From Pseudonocardiaceae bacterium (lineage in GTDB: Bacteria > Actinomycetota > Actinomycetes > Mycobacteriales > Pseudonocardiaceae): 24,000 nt of DNA. The stretch lies in assembly GCA_036279295.1 (NCBI GenBank), contig DASUJK010000129.1:40165-64164 (forward strand), written 5' to 3'. The notes beneath the pieces were generated by a model. The model did not search any database. It was not told the origin of the DNA and saw only the letters and a list, made by a program, of their open reading frames with translations. Position numbers and translations under genes: made by a program. Of this stretch, positions 1 through 8,060 are shown in pieces; within the stretch, counting starts at the first letter, position 1; each line of letters begins with the position of its first letter.

Positions 1-1
1 C

Positions 2-862
2 GGCCCGCCCGGGCTCGGCAAGACCAGTCTCGCCATGATCATCGGCGCGGAACTGGGCGCCGCTGTCCGCGTGACATCGGGGCCGGCGTTGGAGCGGGCG
101 GGCGACCTGGCCGCGATGCTGTCCAACCTGGTCGAGGGCGATGTGCTGTTCATCGACGAGATCCACCGCACCGCCCGGCCTGCCGAGGAGATGCTGTACC
201 TGGCCATGGAGGACTTCCGGGTGGACATCGTGGTGGGCAAGGGGCCGGGCGCGACCAGCATCCCGCTGGAGATCGCGCCGTTCACGCTGGTCGGCGCCAC
301 CACCCGGTCCGGTTCACTGACCGGTCCACTGCGCGACCGGTTCGGCTTCACCGCGCACATGGAGTTCTACAGCTCGGCCGACCTGGAACTGGTGCTGCAC
401 CGCTCGGCCCGGATTCTCGGAATCGACCTGCGCGGCGACGGCGCCACCGAGATCGCCCGCCGGTCACGGGGCACACCACGGATCGCCAACCGGCTGCTGC
501 GCCGGGTCCGCGACTTCGCCGAGGTGCGTGCCGACGGCGCCGTCGACCTGGGGGTGGCCCAGGCCGCCTTGCGGGTCTACGACGTGGATGAGCTGGGCCT
601 GGACCGACTGGACCGGGCCGTGTTGTCCGCGTTGGTCAGGTCCTTCGGCGGCGGGCCGGTCGGCGTCGCAACGTTGGCCGTTGCGGTGGGCGAGGAATCG
701 ACTACCGTGGAAGAGGTCTGCGAGCCCTATCTGGTGCGGGCCGGCATGCTCGCGCGGACGTCTCGCGGCCGGATCGCGACGGCTGCCGCGTGGACCCATC
801 TCGGCCTGACACCACCGCAGGACGCGGTGGGTGAGGCAGTGTCGCCGCTGGTGGGCGAGTAG
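2..862 (+). CDS. ruvB: Holliday junction branch-migration ATPase RuvB (5' end cut by window edge)
   Basis: The frame is open from nt 2 and reads [15 protein letters not shown] (Walker A). It continues with LFIDEIHR (Walker B/sensor) and [18 protein letters not shown], all typical RuvB motifs. Stop TAG at 860-862. Confidence 0.95.
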   Translation, partial: GPPGLGKTSLAMIIGAELGAAVRVTSGPALERAGDLAAMLSNLVEGDVLFIDEIHRTARPAEEMLYLAMEDFRVDIVVGKGPGATSIPLEIAPFTLVGATTRSGSLTGPLRDRFGFTAHMEFYSSADLELVLHRSARILGIDLRGDGATEIARRSRGTPRIANRLLRRVRDFAEVRADGAVDLGVAQAALRVYDVDELGLDRLDRAVLSALVRSFGGGPVGVATLAVAVGEESTTVEEVCEPYLVRAGMLARTSRGRIATAAAWTHLGLTPPQDAVGEAVSPLVGE

Positions 863-949
863 TCTCTCGGCGACCTGGCACACTCGGTACAGATGTCGCG
901 ACCGCATACTTGATGACAGGCGGATGACCGGCGTCACACCGATCGGAGA

Positions 950-1408
950 ATGATGAACTTTTCGTCCCTTTTGCTCCCGCTGATCATCGTGCTGTTCGCG
1001 GTGCCCCTGTTCATGGGTTCCCGCAAGCAGAAGCGCGCTGCGGCGGCGCAGCAGGAACTGCAGAACTCGCTGTCCTACGGTGACCGTGTGATGACCACGT
1101 CCGGTCTTTACGGCACGGTCGTCACCACGTCGGACGAAAGCATCGACATCGAGATCGCCCCGGGTGTGGTGACCAGCTGGCTGCGTGCCGCGGTTCGGGA
1201 GAAGGTCGCCGACTCCACCGTGGGCGCGCCGGAGGACACCTTCGACGACGATGCCGACGACGAGACTTACACGGCCGACGACGCCGCCGAGACCACCACC
1301 AACGGTGCGACGGTCGAGTCCCGATCGACCGTCGAGGACGCGAAGCCGACCGAGTCGGGCGCGCAGGTTGCCCCGCCGCTCGAAGAGAGCAGCAAGAAGG
1401 CTCGCTGA
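950..1408 (+). CDS. yajC: Preprotein translocase subunit YajC with an acidic/low-complexity C-terminal tail
   Basis: N-terminal TM helix LLLPLIIVLFAVPLFM followed by RKQKR. YajC core LSYGDRVMTTSGLYGTVV...IDIEIAPGV. Sits directly upstream of secDF as in most bacteria. Confidence 0.9.
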   Translation: MMNFSSLLLPLIIVLFAVPLFMGSRKQKRAAAAQQELQNSLSYGDRVMTTSGLYGTVVTTSDESIDIEIAPGVVTSWLRAAVREKVADSTVGAPEDTFDDDADDETYTADDAAETTTNGATVESRSTVEDAKPTESGAQVAPPLEESSKKAR

Positions 1409-1425
1409 ACCGGACCACTCCGGTT
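1408..1425 (+). terminator. Small hairpin immediately after the yajC stop (aaccgga-ccac-tccggtt)
   Basis: 7-bp perfect inverted repeat with a 4-nt loop, starting at the last base of the TGA stop. No U-tract follows, so function is uncertain. Confidence 0.25.
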
Positions 1426-1496
1426 GGCCGCACAGTGTGCCCGAACAACTGCCTCGACAGGTGACGCGTGTCTCACAGGGCGCGCGGTAGGCTCCC

Positions 1497-1533
1497 CGTA
1501 CGCCCCACCCGACACCAGCGGGTGGGGCGTACG
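1497..1533 (+). terminator. Strong GC-rich hairpin in the yajC-secD spacer (possible I-shaped terminator, attenuator or processing site)
   Basis: Perfect 14-bp stem cgtacgccccaccc / gggtggggcgtacg with the 9-nt loop gacaccagc, read directly from the sequence. No downstream T-tract. Confidence 0.4.
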
Positions 1534-1654
1534 AACGTGGCCACATGTCATAACGGCAGGGTCACAGCTTGATCCAGCGTCGCCGACTGCGGCGCTGACC
1601 GCAACAGCAAGCGGCCGCACCACGGACGCCTGACTTCGAGGAGACGGAAGCACC

Positions 1655-3544
1655 GTGCCACCACAGGCTGGGCACATCCGCCCAGGACGCTACCTCTGGG
1701 TGTTTGCCGTAATCGTGGTCTTGTTGTACGCCTTGGTCTTTCTGACCGGCGACCACAAGCCGACCCCGAAGTTGGGCATCGACCTCAAGGGCGGGACGAC
1801 GGTCACCCTGACCGCCCGCACCCTCAACGGCCAGCCACCCACCAACCAGCAGTTGGACGAGGCGCAGCAGGACATCGAGACCCGCGTCAACGGGCTCGGC
1901 GTCGCGGGCGCGCAGGTCGTCCGCAACGGCTCCAACATCGTCATCACGGTGCCGGGCAGCCAGGGCCAGGAGGCCAAGGACCTCGGGCAGACCGCGAAGC
2001 TGGTGTTCCGGCCGGTGCTCCAGCAGGTGGCCGCCGGCAGCACGGTGCCGACCACCACGCCGAACCCGAGTGGCTCGGCCACCCCGTCCGGCGCGGTCGC
2101 CCCGACCTCCGGCGCGAACCCGAGCGGTTCGGCGACCGTGAAGCCGAGCGCCCCGGCCACCCAGCCGGCCACGCCGACCAACGAGGGCCTGCCGGCCGCC
2201 GGCAGTCACTCCGACGCCAGCCCGGTCGCCTACCACGTCCAGGTGCACCAGGCCGCCGTCGTGGCCACCACGACGGCAGCCGCACCGCCCGCCACGCCGC
2301 CCGCCACCCCGGCCGGGTCCGCGTCGACCAGCGGCGTCACGACCGTCCCCGGCGTCAACGTCAACGACTGCTGGGGGGTCACCAAGGCCCAGCAGGCCAA
2401 GGAACCGACGCTGACCCGGGAGCAGCAGTCCGGGCTGATCAACGCGTGCCGGCAGCTGCGGCAGAGCACCGATGCCACCGCGCAACAGACCGCGCTGTCC
2501 AAGCTCAACTGCGGCTCCAACTTCACCGACCCGCTGCTGGGCAACGACGACACCACCAAGCCCCTGGTCGCGTGCGACCAGCTGGGCCAGGCCAAGTACG
2601 TCCTCGGCCCGTCGTTCCTGGACGGCACGCAGATCAGTGACGCCACGTCCGGCCTGGACCCCAACGGCGCGGGCTACGTCGTCAACCTGACCTTCAAGAG
2701 CGCGGGCTCCAACACCTGGGCGAAGTACACCGCGGCCCACGTGGGCAAGCAGGCCGCGTTCGTGCTGGACACCCAGGTGGTCTCGGCGCCGACCATCCAG
2801 CAGGCGATCCTGGGCGGCAACACCCAGATCTCCGGGCAGTTCACCCAGAACGACGCGGCCAACCTGGCCAACGTGCTGAAGTACGGCTCGCTGCCGCTGG
2901 CGTTCGACGCGTCCAACGCGGAGACCGTGTCCGCGACGCTGGGCCTGGCATCACTGCAGGCCGGCCTGATCGCCGGTGGCATCGGCCTCGCGCTGGTCGT
3001 CGTCTACTGCCTGTTCTACTACCGGGCGCTCGGTGTGCTCACGGTGCTGTCGCTGGCCCTGTCCGGCGTGACCATCTACGCGCTGCTGGTGCTGCTGGGC
3101 CGCTGGATCGGCTACAGCCTGGACCTGGCCGGTGTGGCCGGCTTCATCATCGCCATCGGTATCACCGCTGACTCGTTCGTGGTGTTCTTCGAACGCCTGA
3201 AGGACGAAGTGCGGGAGGGCCGAACATTCCGGTCCGCGGTGCCCAGGGCCTGGGTCCGGGCGCGGCGCACCATCCTGGCCTCGGACGCGGTGAGCTTCCT
3301 GGCCGCGGTGGTGCTGTACGTGTTCGCCGTGCAGGACGTGCAGGGCTTCGCGTTCACACTCGGCCTGTCCACCGTGCTCGACCTGCTCATCGTGTTCCTG
3401 GTGACGCACCCGTTGGTAGCGCTGGCCTCCAGGTCCAAGTTCCTGTCCAAGCCGAACGTGTCCGGGCTGGGTGCCGTACAACGCGCCGGTGCCGCCGCGA
3501 GGGCGGCCAACAAGGCCGCCGGCCCCACCGTGAAGGAGGCCTGA
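1655..3544 (+). CDS. secD: Protein translocase subunit SecD
   Basis: 629 aa. N-terminal TM, LGIDLKGGT motif, large periplasmic domain with a Pro/Thr/Ala-rich insert. C-terminal six-TM bundle (GIGLALVVVYCLFYYR...ITADSFVVFFERLKDE). GAGGAG lies upstream of the GTG start. Confidence 0.95.
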   Translation: MPPQAGHIRPGRYLWVFAVIVVLLYALVFLTGDHKPTPKLGIDLKGGTTVTLTARTLNGQPPTNQQLDEAQQDIETRVNGLGVAGAQVVRNGSNIVITVPGSQGQEAKDLGQTAKLVFRPVLQQVAAGSTVPTTTPNPSGSATPSGAVAPTSGANPSGSATVKPSAPATQPATPTNEGLPAAGSHSDASPVAYHVQVHQAAVVATTTAAAPPATPPATPAGSASTSGVTTVPGVNVNDCWGVTKAQQAKEPTLTREQQSGLINACRQLRQSTDATAQQTALSKLNCGSNFTDPLLGNDDTTKPLVACDQLGQAKYVLGPSFLDGTQISDATSGLDPNGAGYVVNLTFKSAGSNTWAKYTAAHVGKQAAFVLDTQVVSAPTIQQAILGGNTQISGQFTQNDAANLANVLKYGSLPLAFDASNAETVSATLGLASLQAGLIAGGIGLALVVVYCLFYYRALGVLTVLSLALSGVTIYALLVLLGRWIGYSLDLAGVAGFIIAIGITADSFVVFFERLKDEVREGRTFRSAVPRAWVRARRTILASDAVSFLAAVVLYVFAVQDVQGFAFTLGLSTVLDLLIVFLVTHPLVALASRSKFLSKPNVSGLGAVQRAGAAARAANKAAGPTVKEA

Positions 3545-3545
3545 G

Positions 3546-4775
3546 ATGCCCGCCGCACAGCAGCAGGGCCTGTTCCACCGCCTGTACACCGGCACAGGTG
3601 CCTTCGACATCGTCGGCAAGCGGAAGCGCTTCTACGTCTTCTTCGGCGCGATCGTCCTCATCTGCCTGGTGTCCATCATCGTGCGGGGCTTCAGCTTCAG
3701 CATCGAGTTCGAGGGCGGCACGCAGATCCAGCTGCCGGCCAACGGTGCTCACGGTGTGATCACCACGCAGCAGGCCACCACCGCGTACACGGACGCGCTG
3801 GGCAAGGAACCGTCGTCGGTGCAGTCGGTGGGCACCGGCCGCAACGCCAGCATTCAGATCCGGTCGGAAGCGCTGAACAACGACCAGGTCAGCAAGCTGG
3901 AAGAGACGATGTTCAACCAGCTCCAGCCGCTGGACTCGACCGGCAGGCCGAGCCAGACGGCGATCAGCGACTCGGCCGTCAGCGGTTCGTGGGGCTCGCA
4001 GATCTCCCGGCAGGCGCTGATCGGCCTGATCGTGTTCCTGATCCTTGTGTCGGTCTTCCTGAGCATCTACTTCGAGCGCTGGATGGCGCTGGCCGCGCTG
4101 ATCGCGCTGGCCAACGACCTGATCGTGACGGCGGGCGTGTATTCGATCGTCGGCTTCGAGGTCAGCCCGGCGACCGTGATCGGCCTGCTCACCATCCTCG
4201 GTTTCTCGCTGTACGACGCGGTGGTGGTGTTCGACAAGGTCCGCGAGAACACCAGAGGCATCCTGAGTCTGACCAGGCGGACGTTCGCCGAGGAGGCCAA
4301 CCTCGCGCTGAACCAGACGCTGATGCGGTCGATCAACACGTCGCTGATCGCCTTGCTGCCGGTGCTGGGCCTGTTGATCGTCGGCGTCGGCCTGCTCGGT
4401 GTCGGCACGCTGACCGACCTGGCGCTGGTCCAGCTGGTCGGCATGCTGATCGGTGCGCTGTCCTCGCTGTGCCTGGCCACTCCGCTGTTGGTGGACTTCA
4501 AGATGCGGCAGGCGCCGTACATCCAGCAGGCCAGGCGCGTTCGGCAGCGTCGGGAGACGCTGGCCGCCCGCCAGGCCACCGCTGAGGCGACCGCGGTCAA
4601 CGACGAGGTGCCCTCCGACGATGACCCCGACGGCCGGCAGGACTTCGTCAACGTGGCCAGCTCGCCGGTCAACATGACCAAGCTGGGCGGGGTGCCGGCC
4701 CGGACGCCGAAGGCGGCCCCGCGCGGTCGGCCGTCCGGCAAGGGCGGTCGTCCCTCCGGCAAGCGAAAGCGCTGA
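3546..4775 (+). CDS. secF: Protein translocase subunit SecF (with basic Pro/Gly/Arg/Lys C-terminal tail)
   Basis: Starts 1 nt after the secD stop. FSIEFEGGT motif and SecF TM bundle (LTILGFSLYDAVVVFDKVREN). Confidence 0.95.
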   Translation: MPAAQQQGLFHRLYTGTGAFDIVGKRKRFYVFFGAIVLICLVSIIVRGFSFSIEFEGGTQIQLPANGAHGVITTQQATTAYTDALGKEPSSVQSVGTGRNASIQIRSEALNNDQVSKLEETMFNQLQPLDSTGRPSQTAISDSAVSGSWGSQISRQALIGLIVFLILVSVFLSIYFERWMALAALIALANDLIVTAGVYSIVGFEVSPATVIGLLTILGFSLYDAVVVFDKVRENTRGILSLTRRTFAEEANLALNQTLMRSINTSLIALLPVLGLLIVGVGLLGVGTLTDLALVQLVGMLIGALSSLCLATPLLVDFKMRQAPYIQQARRVRQRRETLAARQATAEATAVNDEVPSDDDPDGRQDFVNVASSPVNMTKLGGVPARTPKAAPRGRPSGKGGRPSGKRKR

Positions 4776-4779
4776 CCAG

Positions 4780-5313
4780 GTGGGGGTGGCACCCGATTCC
4801 GTGACCGACGCGCTGGCGCTGATCAGGGAGATCCAGGACTTTCCCGAACCGGGCGTGCTGTTCCGCGATCTCGGCCCGGTGTTCGCCGACCGGTCGGCGT
4901 TCCGCACCATGGTGGACGCCATGGCCGGCGCGCTCGACCCGGCGGCGGACGTGCTGGTCGCCGTGGAGGCCCGGGGTTTCCTGCTCGGCGCCGCGCTCGG
5001 CTACGCCGTCGGGCTCGGTGTCGTGCCGGTGCGCAAGCCGGGCAAGTCCCCGCTGGTCGACCACCGCGTGGAGTACCAGTTGGAGTACGGCTCGGCAGGC
5101 CTCGAACTGCCGGGTGGCCTGCTGGTCGCCGGGCAGCGGGTGGTGATCGTGGACGACGTGCTCGCCACCGGTGGCACGGTTCGGGCGGCCGGTCAGCTCG
5201 TCGAGGCGGCAGGCGCTACGGTGTCCGGTGTGTCCGTGGTGATCGAACTGGCCGCATTGGCCGGCCGGGCGGCGCTGCCCGGTTACCCGGTCCACACCCT
5301 GCTCACGGTGTGA
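4780..5313 (+). CDS. apt: Adenine phosphoribosyltransferase
   Basis: LIREIQDFPEPGVLFRDL N-terminal motif and PRPP-binding loop VVIVDDVLATGGT. 177 aa, GTG start 4 nt after the secF stop. Confidence 0.9.
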   Translation: MGVAPDSVTDALALIREIQDFPEPGVLFRDLGPVFADRSAFRTMVDAMAGALDPAADVLVAVEARGFLLGAALGYAVGLGVVPVRKPGKSPLVDHRVEYQLEYGSAGLELPGGLLVAGQRVVIVDDVLATGGTVRAAGQLVEAAGATVSGVSVVIELAALAGRAALPGYPVHTLLTV

Positions 5314-5353
5314 CCTCAACCGTCTCCAGCTCATCGTCTGACGAGGAATTGTC

Positions 5354-5971
5354 ATGGCCGAACCCACGCCGTCGCCCGAGCAGTCCCTTGAGCAGCGCAC
5401 CGCGGAGCTGCAACAACAGGCCGGCGACGCGATGGCCCACCTGAAGGCCCGGATCGCGGGCGTGCGGCAGGCCCAGCAGCAGGCCATGCAGGCCAACGGC
5501 GAGGCGACATCGCGCGACGGAGTGGTCCGGGTCGTGGTGGACGGCACCGGTGTCGTGACGTCGCTGACGTTGGCACCCAGTGCGTTCGACCGCAGCACGC
5601 CCGACCGCCTGGCACAGACCATCACCGCCACCATCCAGTCCGCCGCCGCACAGGCCAGGGGGCGGACGTCGGCAGCGATGGCCGCGATCCGGGGTGACGA
5701 CAAGGGCCTGCTCAGCTCGGCGGCCAAGGGCGCCGCCGGGCTCGGTGTACCGCCACTGCCGGTGCCCGAGGTGCCCAGGACCGCCGTGGACCCGACCGGC
5801 CAGCAGGACGGCTGGGCCGTCCCGCCGCCAGCACCTGTGGAACCTCCCGCGCCCGTCGTGGAACCGATGCCGGGTCATGTCGCGTCCAACCGCTCGCGTC
5901 GCACGGATGACGTGGATGACAGTGCTGACGACGGGTCCGGCGGGTGGGTGTCGGACGAAAGGCCTTGGTGA
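5354..5971 (+). CDS. YbaB/EbfC-like protein with Pro-rich acidic C-terminal extension (first gene of toxin cassette)
   Basis: The N-terminal ~110 aa show the pattern coiled-coil (QQQA...LKARIAGVRQAQQQ), then GVVRVVVDGTGVVTSLTLAPSAF, then a helix. This is the YbaB-like fold pattern recurrently found beside ESX/WXG loci in actinobacteria. GAGGAA SD lies 6 nt upstream of the ATG. Confidence 0.65.
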   Translation: MAEPTPSPEQSLEQRTAELQQQAGDAMAHLKARIAGVRQAQQQAMQANGEATSRDGVVRVVVDGTGVVTSLTLAPSAFDRSTPDRLAQTITATIQSAAAQARGRTSAAMAAIRGDDKGLLSSAAKGAAGLGVPPLPVPEVPRTAVDPTGQQDGWAVPPPAPVEPPAPVVEPMPGHVASNRSRRTDDVDDSADDGSGGWVSDERPW

Positions 5972-5977
5972 TCGATC

Positions 5978-6742
5978 GTGGGCTTGGTCCTGCCCGGTGC
6001 CCTGACATGGGTGCTGGACATCGTGGGCATCGATTGGCCGAACATCGACGAGGACCAGTTGCGCCAGGCCGCTGACGAGCTTCGCCAGCTGGCCGACGAG
6101 CTGACCGGCAACACCGGCGACGCGAAGTCCGACATCGAGCAGATGTTGCAGAACAACACGGCGGATTCGCTGGAGCTGTTCGAAGCGCTGTGGAACAAGC
6201 TGGCCGGTTCGCATCTGCCGCAGCTCGCCGACGGCATGAAGGTGGTCGGCGCCGGCCTGGACATCGCCGCCGTCGTCGTGGTCGGCATGAAGGCCGCCGC
6301 CATCGCGCAACTGGCGATCCTGGCCGCGGAGATCATCTCCGACCAGGCCGAGGCCGCGTTCACGTTCGGTGCGTCCGAGGCGTTGATCCCGGTCCAGACC
6401 ATGGCCACCCGGGAGATCATGAAGGAAGTGATCGACCAGGCGGTCAAACAGGTTGAGCAGCAGCTGCTCTCCGCCGTCGAGGGACCGATCTTCGAGGCGC
6501 TGACCAGTGCCGGCGAGGAGCTGGCCGGCCAGCTCGTCGGTGACGCGCTGGGTACCAGCAGCGGCATCGACCTGGGCAAGGTGGCGTCGGCCGGTGGTTC
6601 CGGCTTCGAGCAGGGCGTGCAGAGCGTCACGTCCGACCCGCTGGGCGCGGTCGGCCTGACGAGCGGCTCGTCGGATGAATCGTCGGACGAGGGGTTCCAG
6701 TCCAAGACCGGCGTCCTGGTGCCCGACGAGCAGGAAGTCTGA
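5978..6742 (+). CDS. WXG100-like / CpnT-N-terminal-like helper protein with a central hydrophobic segment
   Basis: N-terminus IVGIDWPNIDEDQLRQAADELRQLADEL resembles, from memory, the W-P-x-x-D/E + coiled-coil motif of the N-terminal domain of mycobacterial CpnT-type proteins. Hydrophobic stretch GLDIAAVVVVGMKAAAIAQLAILAAEII. Acidic Ser-rich tail. Starts 6 nt after the previous gene. Confidence 0.55.
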   Translation: MGLVLPGALTWVLDIVGIDWPNIDEDQLRQAADELRQLADELTGNTGDAKSDIEQMLQNNTADSLELFEALWNKLAGSHLPQLADGMKVVGAGLDIAAVVVVGMKAAAIAQLAILAAEIISDQAEAAFTFGASEALIPVQTMATREIMKEVIDQAVKQVEQQLLSAVEGPIFEALTSAGEELAGQLVGDALGTSSGIDLGKVASAGGSGFEQGVQSVTSDPLGAVGLTSGSSDESSDEGFQSKTGVLVPDEQEV

Positions 6743-6746
6743 GGCC

Positions 6747-8060
6747 ATGAGCGGCGGGGGCTTCAACATCAACCCGGACGAACTGCACCACGGTGCCGCG
6801 CAGCTGGGCACGTTCAGCGACAGCATCACCAAGACGCTCGGCAAGCTGAAGACCACCCACCAGAACCTGTCCGCGCACGCCAGCAGTGACAAGTCCGGTG
6901 TCGGGCAGGTGGTCGTCAAGGCGGCCACCAAGTCCGAAGAGGTGATGGGGAACGTCGCCGGCGAGGGCGCCAGGGTGGTGAAGGGCGCCGAGCAGCGACT
7001 GCACGCCGGGGCGACGGCGCACTCGACCAACGAGGAGACGCGCACCAAGGCGTTCCAGGACCTCAAGCCGGGCGAGAGCGGCAAGAAGACCACGCCGTCG
7101 TCCTCCGGTGGCGGTGGCCCGTCGAAGGGCGGCGGGCCCGGTGGTTCCGGGCCGGGCAAGGGTCCTGGCAAAGGTGGCGGCGGTCCCGGCAAGGGGCCGG
7201 GCAAGGGCGGCGGCGGTGGCAAGCCGCCGAAGAAGCCCAAGGCCAGCAACGAACCGCCGGAACCCGCGCTGACCCCGGGCAAGAAGCCGCCGACCGCCAA
7301 CGACACCCCGTCCAAGGTGTTCAACAACCAGCCGAAGCTGCCCAAGCCGGAGAAGTACAAGGACGACCTGCCCAAGGTCGACTCGGCCGGCGCCGTGCCA
7401 CCGAAACCGGCCCGGGGCGCCCAGGTCGAGCAGATCGACGAGAAGCGGGTGAAGCGCGGCGGCGACGGCCTGATCAAGACGGTGGACGGCAAGCCGGTCA
7501 AGCAGTACGTCGGCGAGCTGTCCAGCGGTCGGGCGCAGGCACTCAGCGCCAACGGCCCGGACGAGAAGCCGCTGGAGTCGCGCTGCTCGGCGGTGGCCAT
7601 CGACCTGAAGACCGGCCTGGTCACCACCGGCGTCAACGGCAACGGCGGCGACGTGATCCCGCCGAAGAACCTGCACCCGCTGTTGCAGCAGAACTACCAG
7701 GACCTGCGGGCCTGGCAGCACCCCGTGCAGGGCACCACGCAGACGCTGGACGGCAAGGCGCACTACTCCACACCGGCCGGCCACGCCGAGGTCAAGGCCA
7801 CCAACGAGCTGCTGTGGGCGCGGGAGGCCCAGCTCAAGCCGGGGGAGACCCTGCCGCCGTCCACGCTGGGCGAGCTGCGGTTCGATCCGAGGTGGACGGC
7901 GCAGACCGGCGCCGACGGCGCGATCGGCGGCGCGGCGCCCGCGTGTGCCAACTGCAACTCGCTGCTGGACGGCGTGCCCAGCTACACCGGCCGCTGTACG
8001 TACACTCCGCGCGACGACCGGTATGCGAATCCATCCGTTGCCCCGTATGAGGATCAATGA
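6747..8060 (+). CDS. Polymorphic toxin: helical WXG100-like N-terminal domain + G/P/K-rich linker + C-terminal YwqJ-like nucleic-acid deaminase domain
   Basis: ATG at 6747, 4 nt after the upstream stop. The track's 6675 start overlaps the previous gene and reads as Arg/Ser junk. N-terminus FNINPDELHHGAAQLGTFSDSI... is an ~100-aa helical hairpin. The deaminase zinc/catalytic motif HAE is at 7782-7790 and PACANC (PxCxxC) at 7938-7955. Confidence 0.75.
   Translation: MSGGGFNINPDELHHGAAQLGTFSDSITKTLGKLKTTHQNLSAHASSDKSGVGQVVVKAATKSEEVMGNVAGEGARVVKGAEQRLHAGATAHSTNEETRTKAFQDLKPGESGKKTTPSSSGGGGPSKGGGPGGSGPGKGPGKGGGGPGKGPGKGGGGGKPPKKPKASNEPPEPALTPGKKPPTANDTPSKVFNNQPKLPKPEKYKDDLPKVDSAGAVPPKPARGAQVEQIDEKRVKRGGDGLIKTVDGKPVKQYVGELSSGRAQALSANGPDEKPLESRCSAVAIDLKTGLVTTGVNGNGGDVIPPKNLHPLLQQNYQDLRAWQHPVQGTTQTLDGKAHYSTPAGHAEVKATNELLWAREAQLKPGETLPPSTLGELRFDPRWTAQTGADGAIGGAAPACANCNSLLDGVPSYTGRCTYTPRDDRYANPSVAPYEDQ
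7149..7214 (+). repeat. Tandem 33-nt (11-aa GPGKGPGKGGG) duplication inside the toxin linker
   Basis: Copy 1 at 7149-7181 and copy 2 at 7182-7214 encode identical peptides. They differ at 6 third-codon (synonymous) positions. Both are embedded in a wider Gly/Pro/Lys low-complexity region, 7107-7241. Confidence 0.8.

Noticed and set aside
1980-2340. Pro/Thr/Ala-rich low-complexity insert in SecD as something unusual
   Set aside because: Such PT-rich inserts in the first periplasmic domain of SecD are common in actinobacteria, including mycobacteria. It is not distinctive.
464-4922. Long minus-strand ORFs (464-1546, 1562-2740, 2951-3619, 3387-4922) opposite ruvB/yajC/secD/secF
   Set aside because: They are shadow ORFs of strongly supported housekeeping genes, and their compositions are Arg/Gly/His-biased.
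6675-6746. Upstream GTG/ATG extension of the toxin ORF (track start 6675)
   Set aside because: It overlaps the previous gene by 68 nt and encodes Arg/Ser/Pro junk (MNRRTRGSSPRPASW...). The ATG at 6747 sits 4 nt after the upstream stop and begins a clean helical domain.
7107-7241. Gly/Pro/Lys repeat as a collagen-like or PE_PGRS-like domain
   Set aside because: There is no G-X-Y periodicity over a meaningful length and no PE/PPE N-terminus. It is better explained as a disordered linker in a modular toxin.
5303-7642. 779-aa minus-strand ORF covering the whole toxin cassette
   Set aside because: The translation is Pro/Gly/Arg/Leu-rich low-complexity with no motifs. It is antisense to four plus-strand genes that have clear family signatures and tight start/stop spacing, so it is a typical high-GC shadow ORF.
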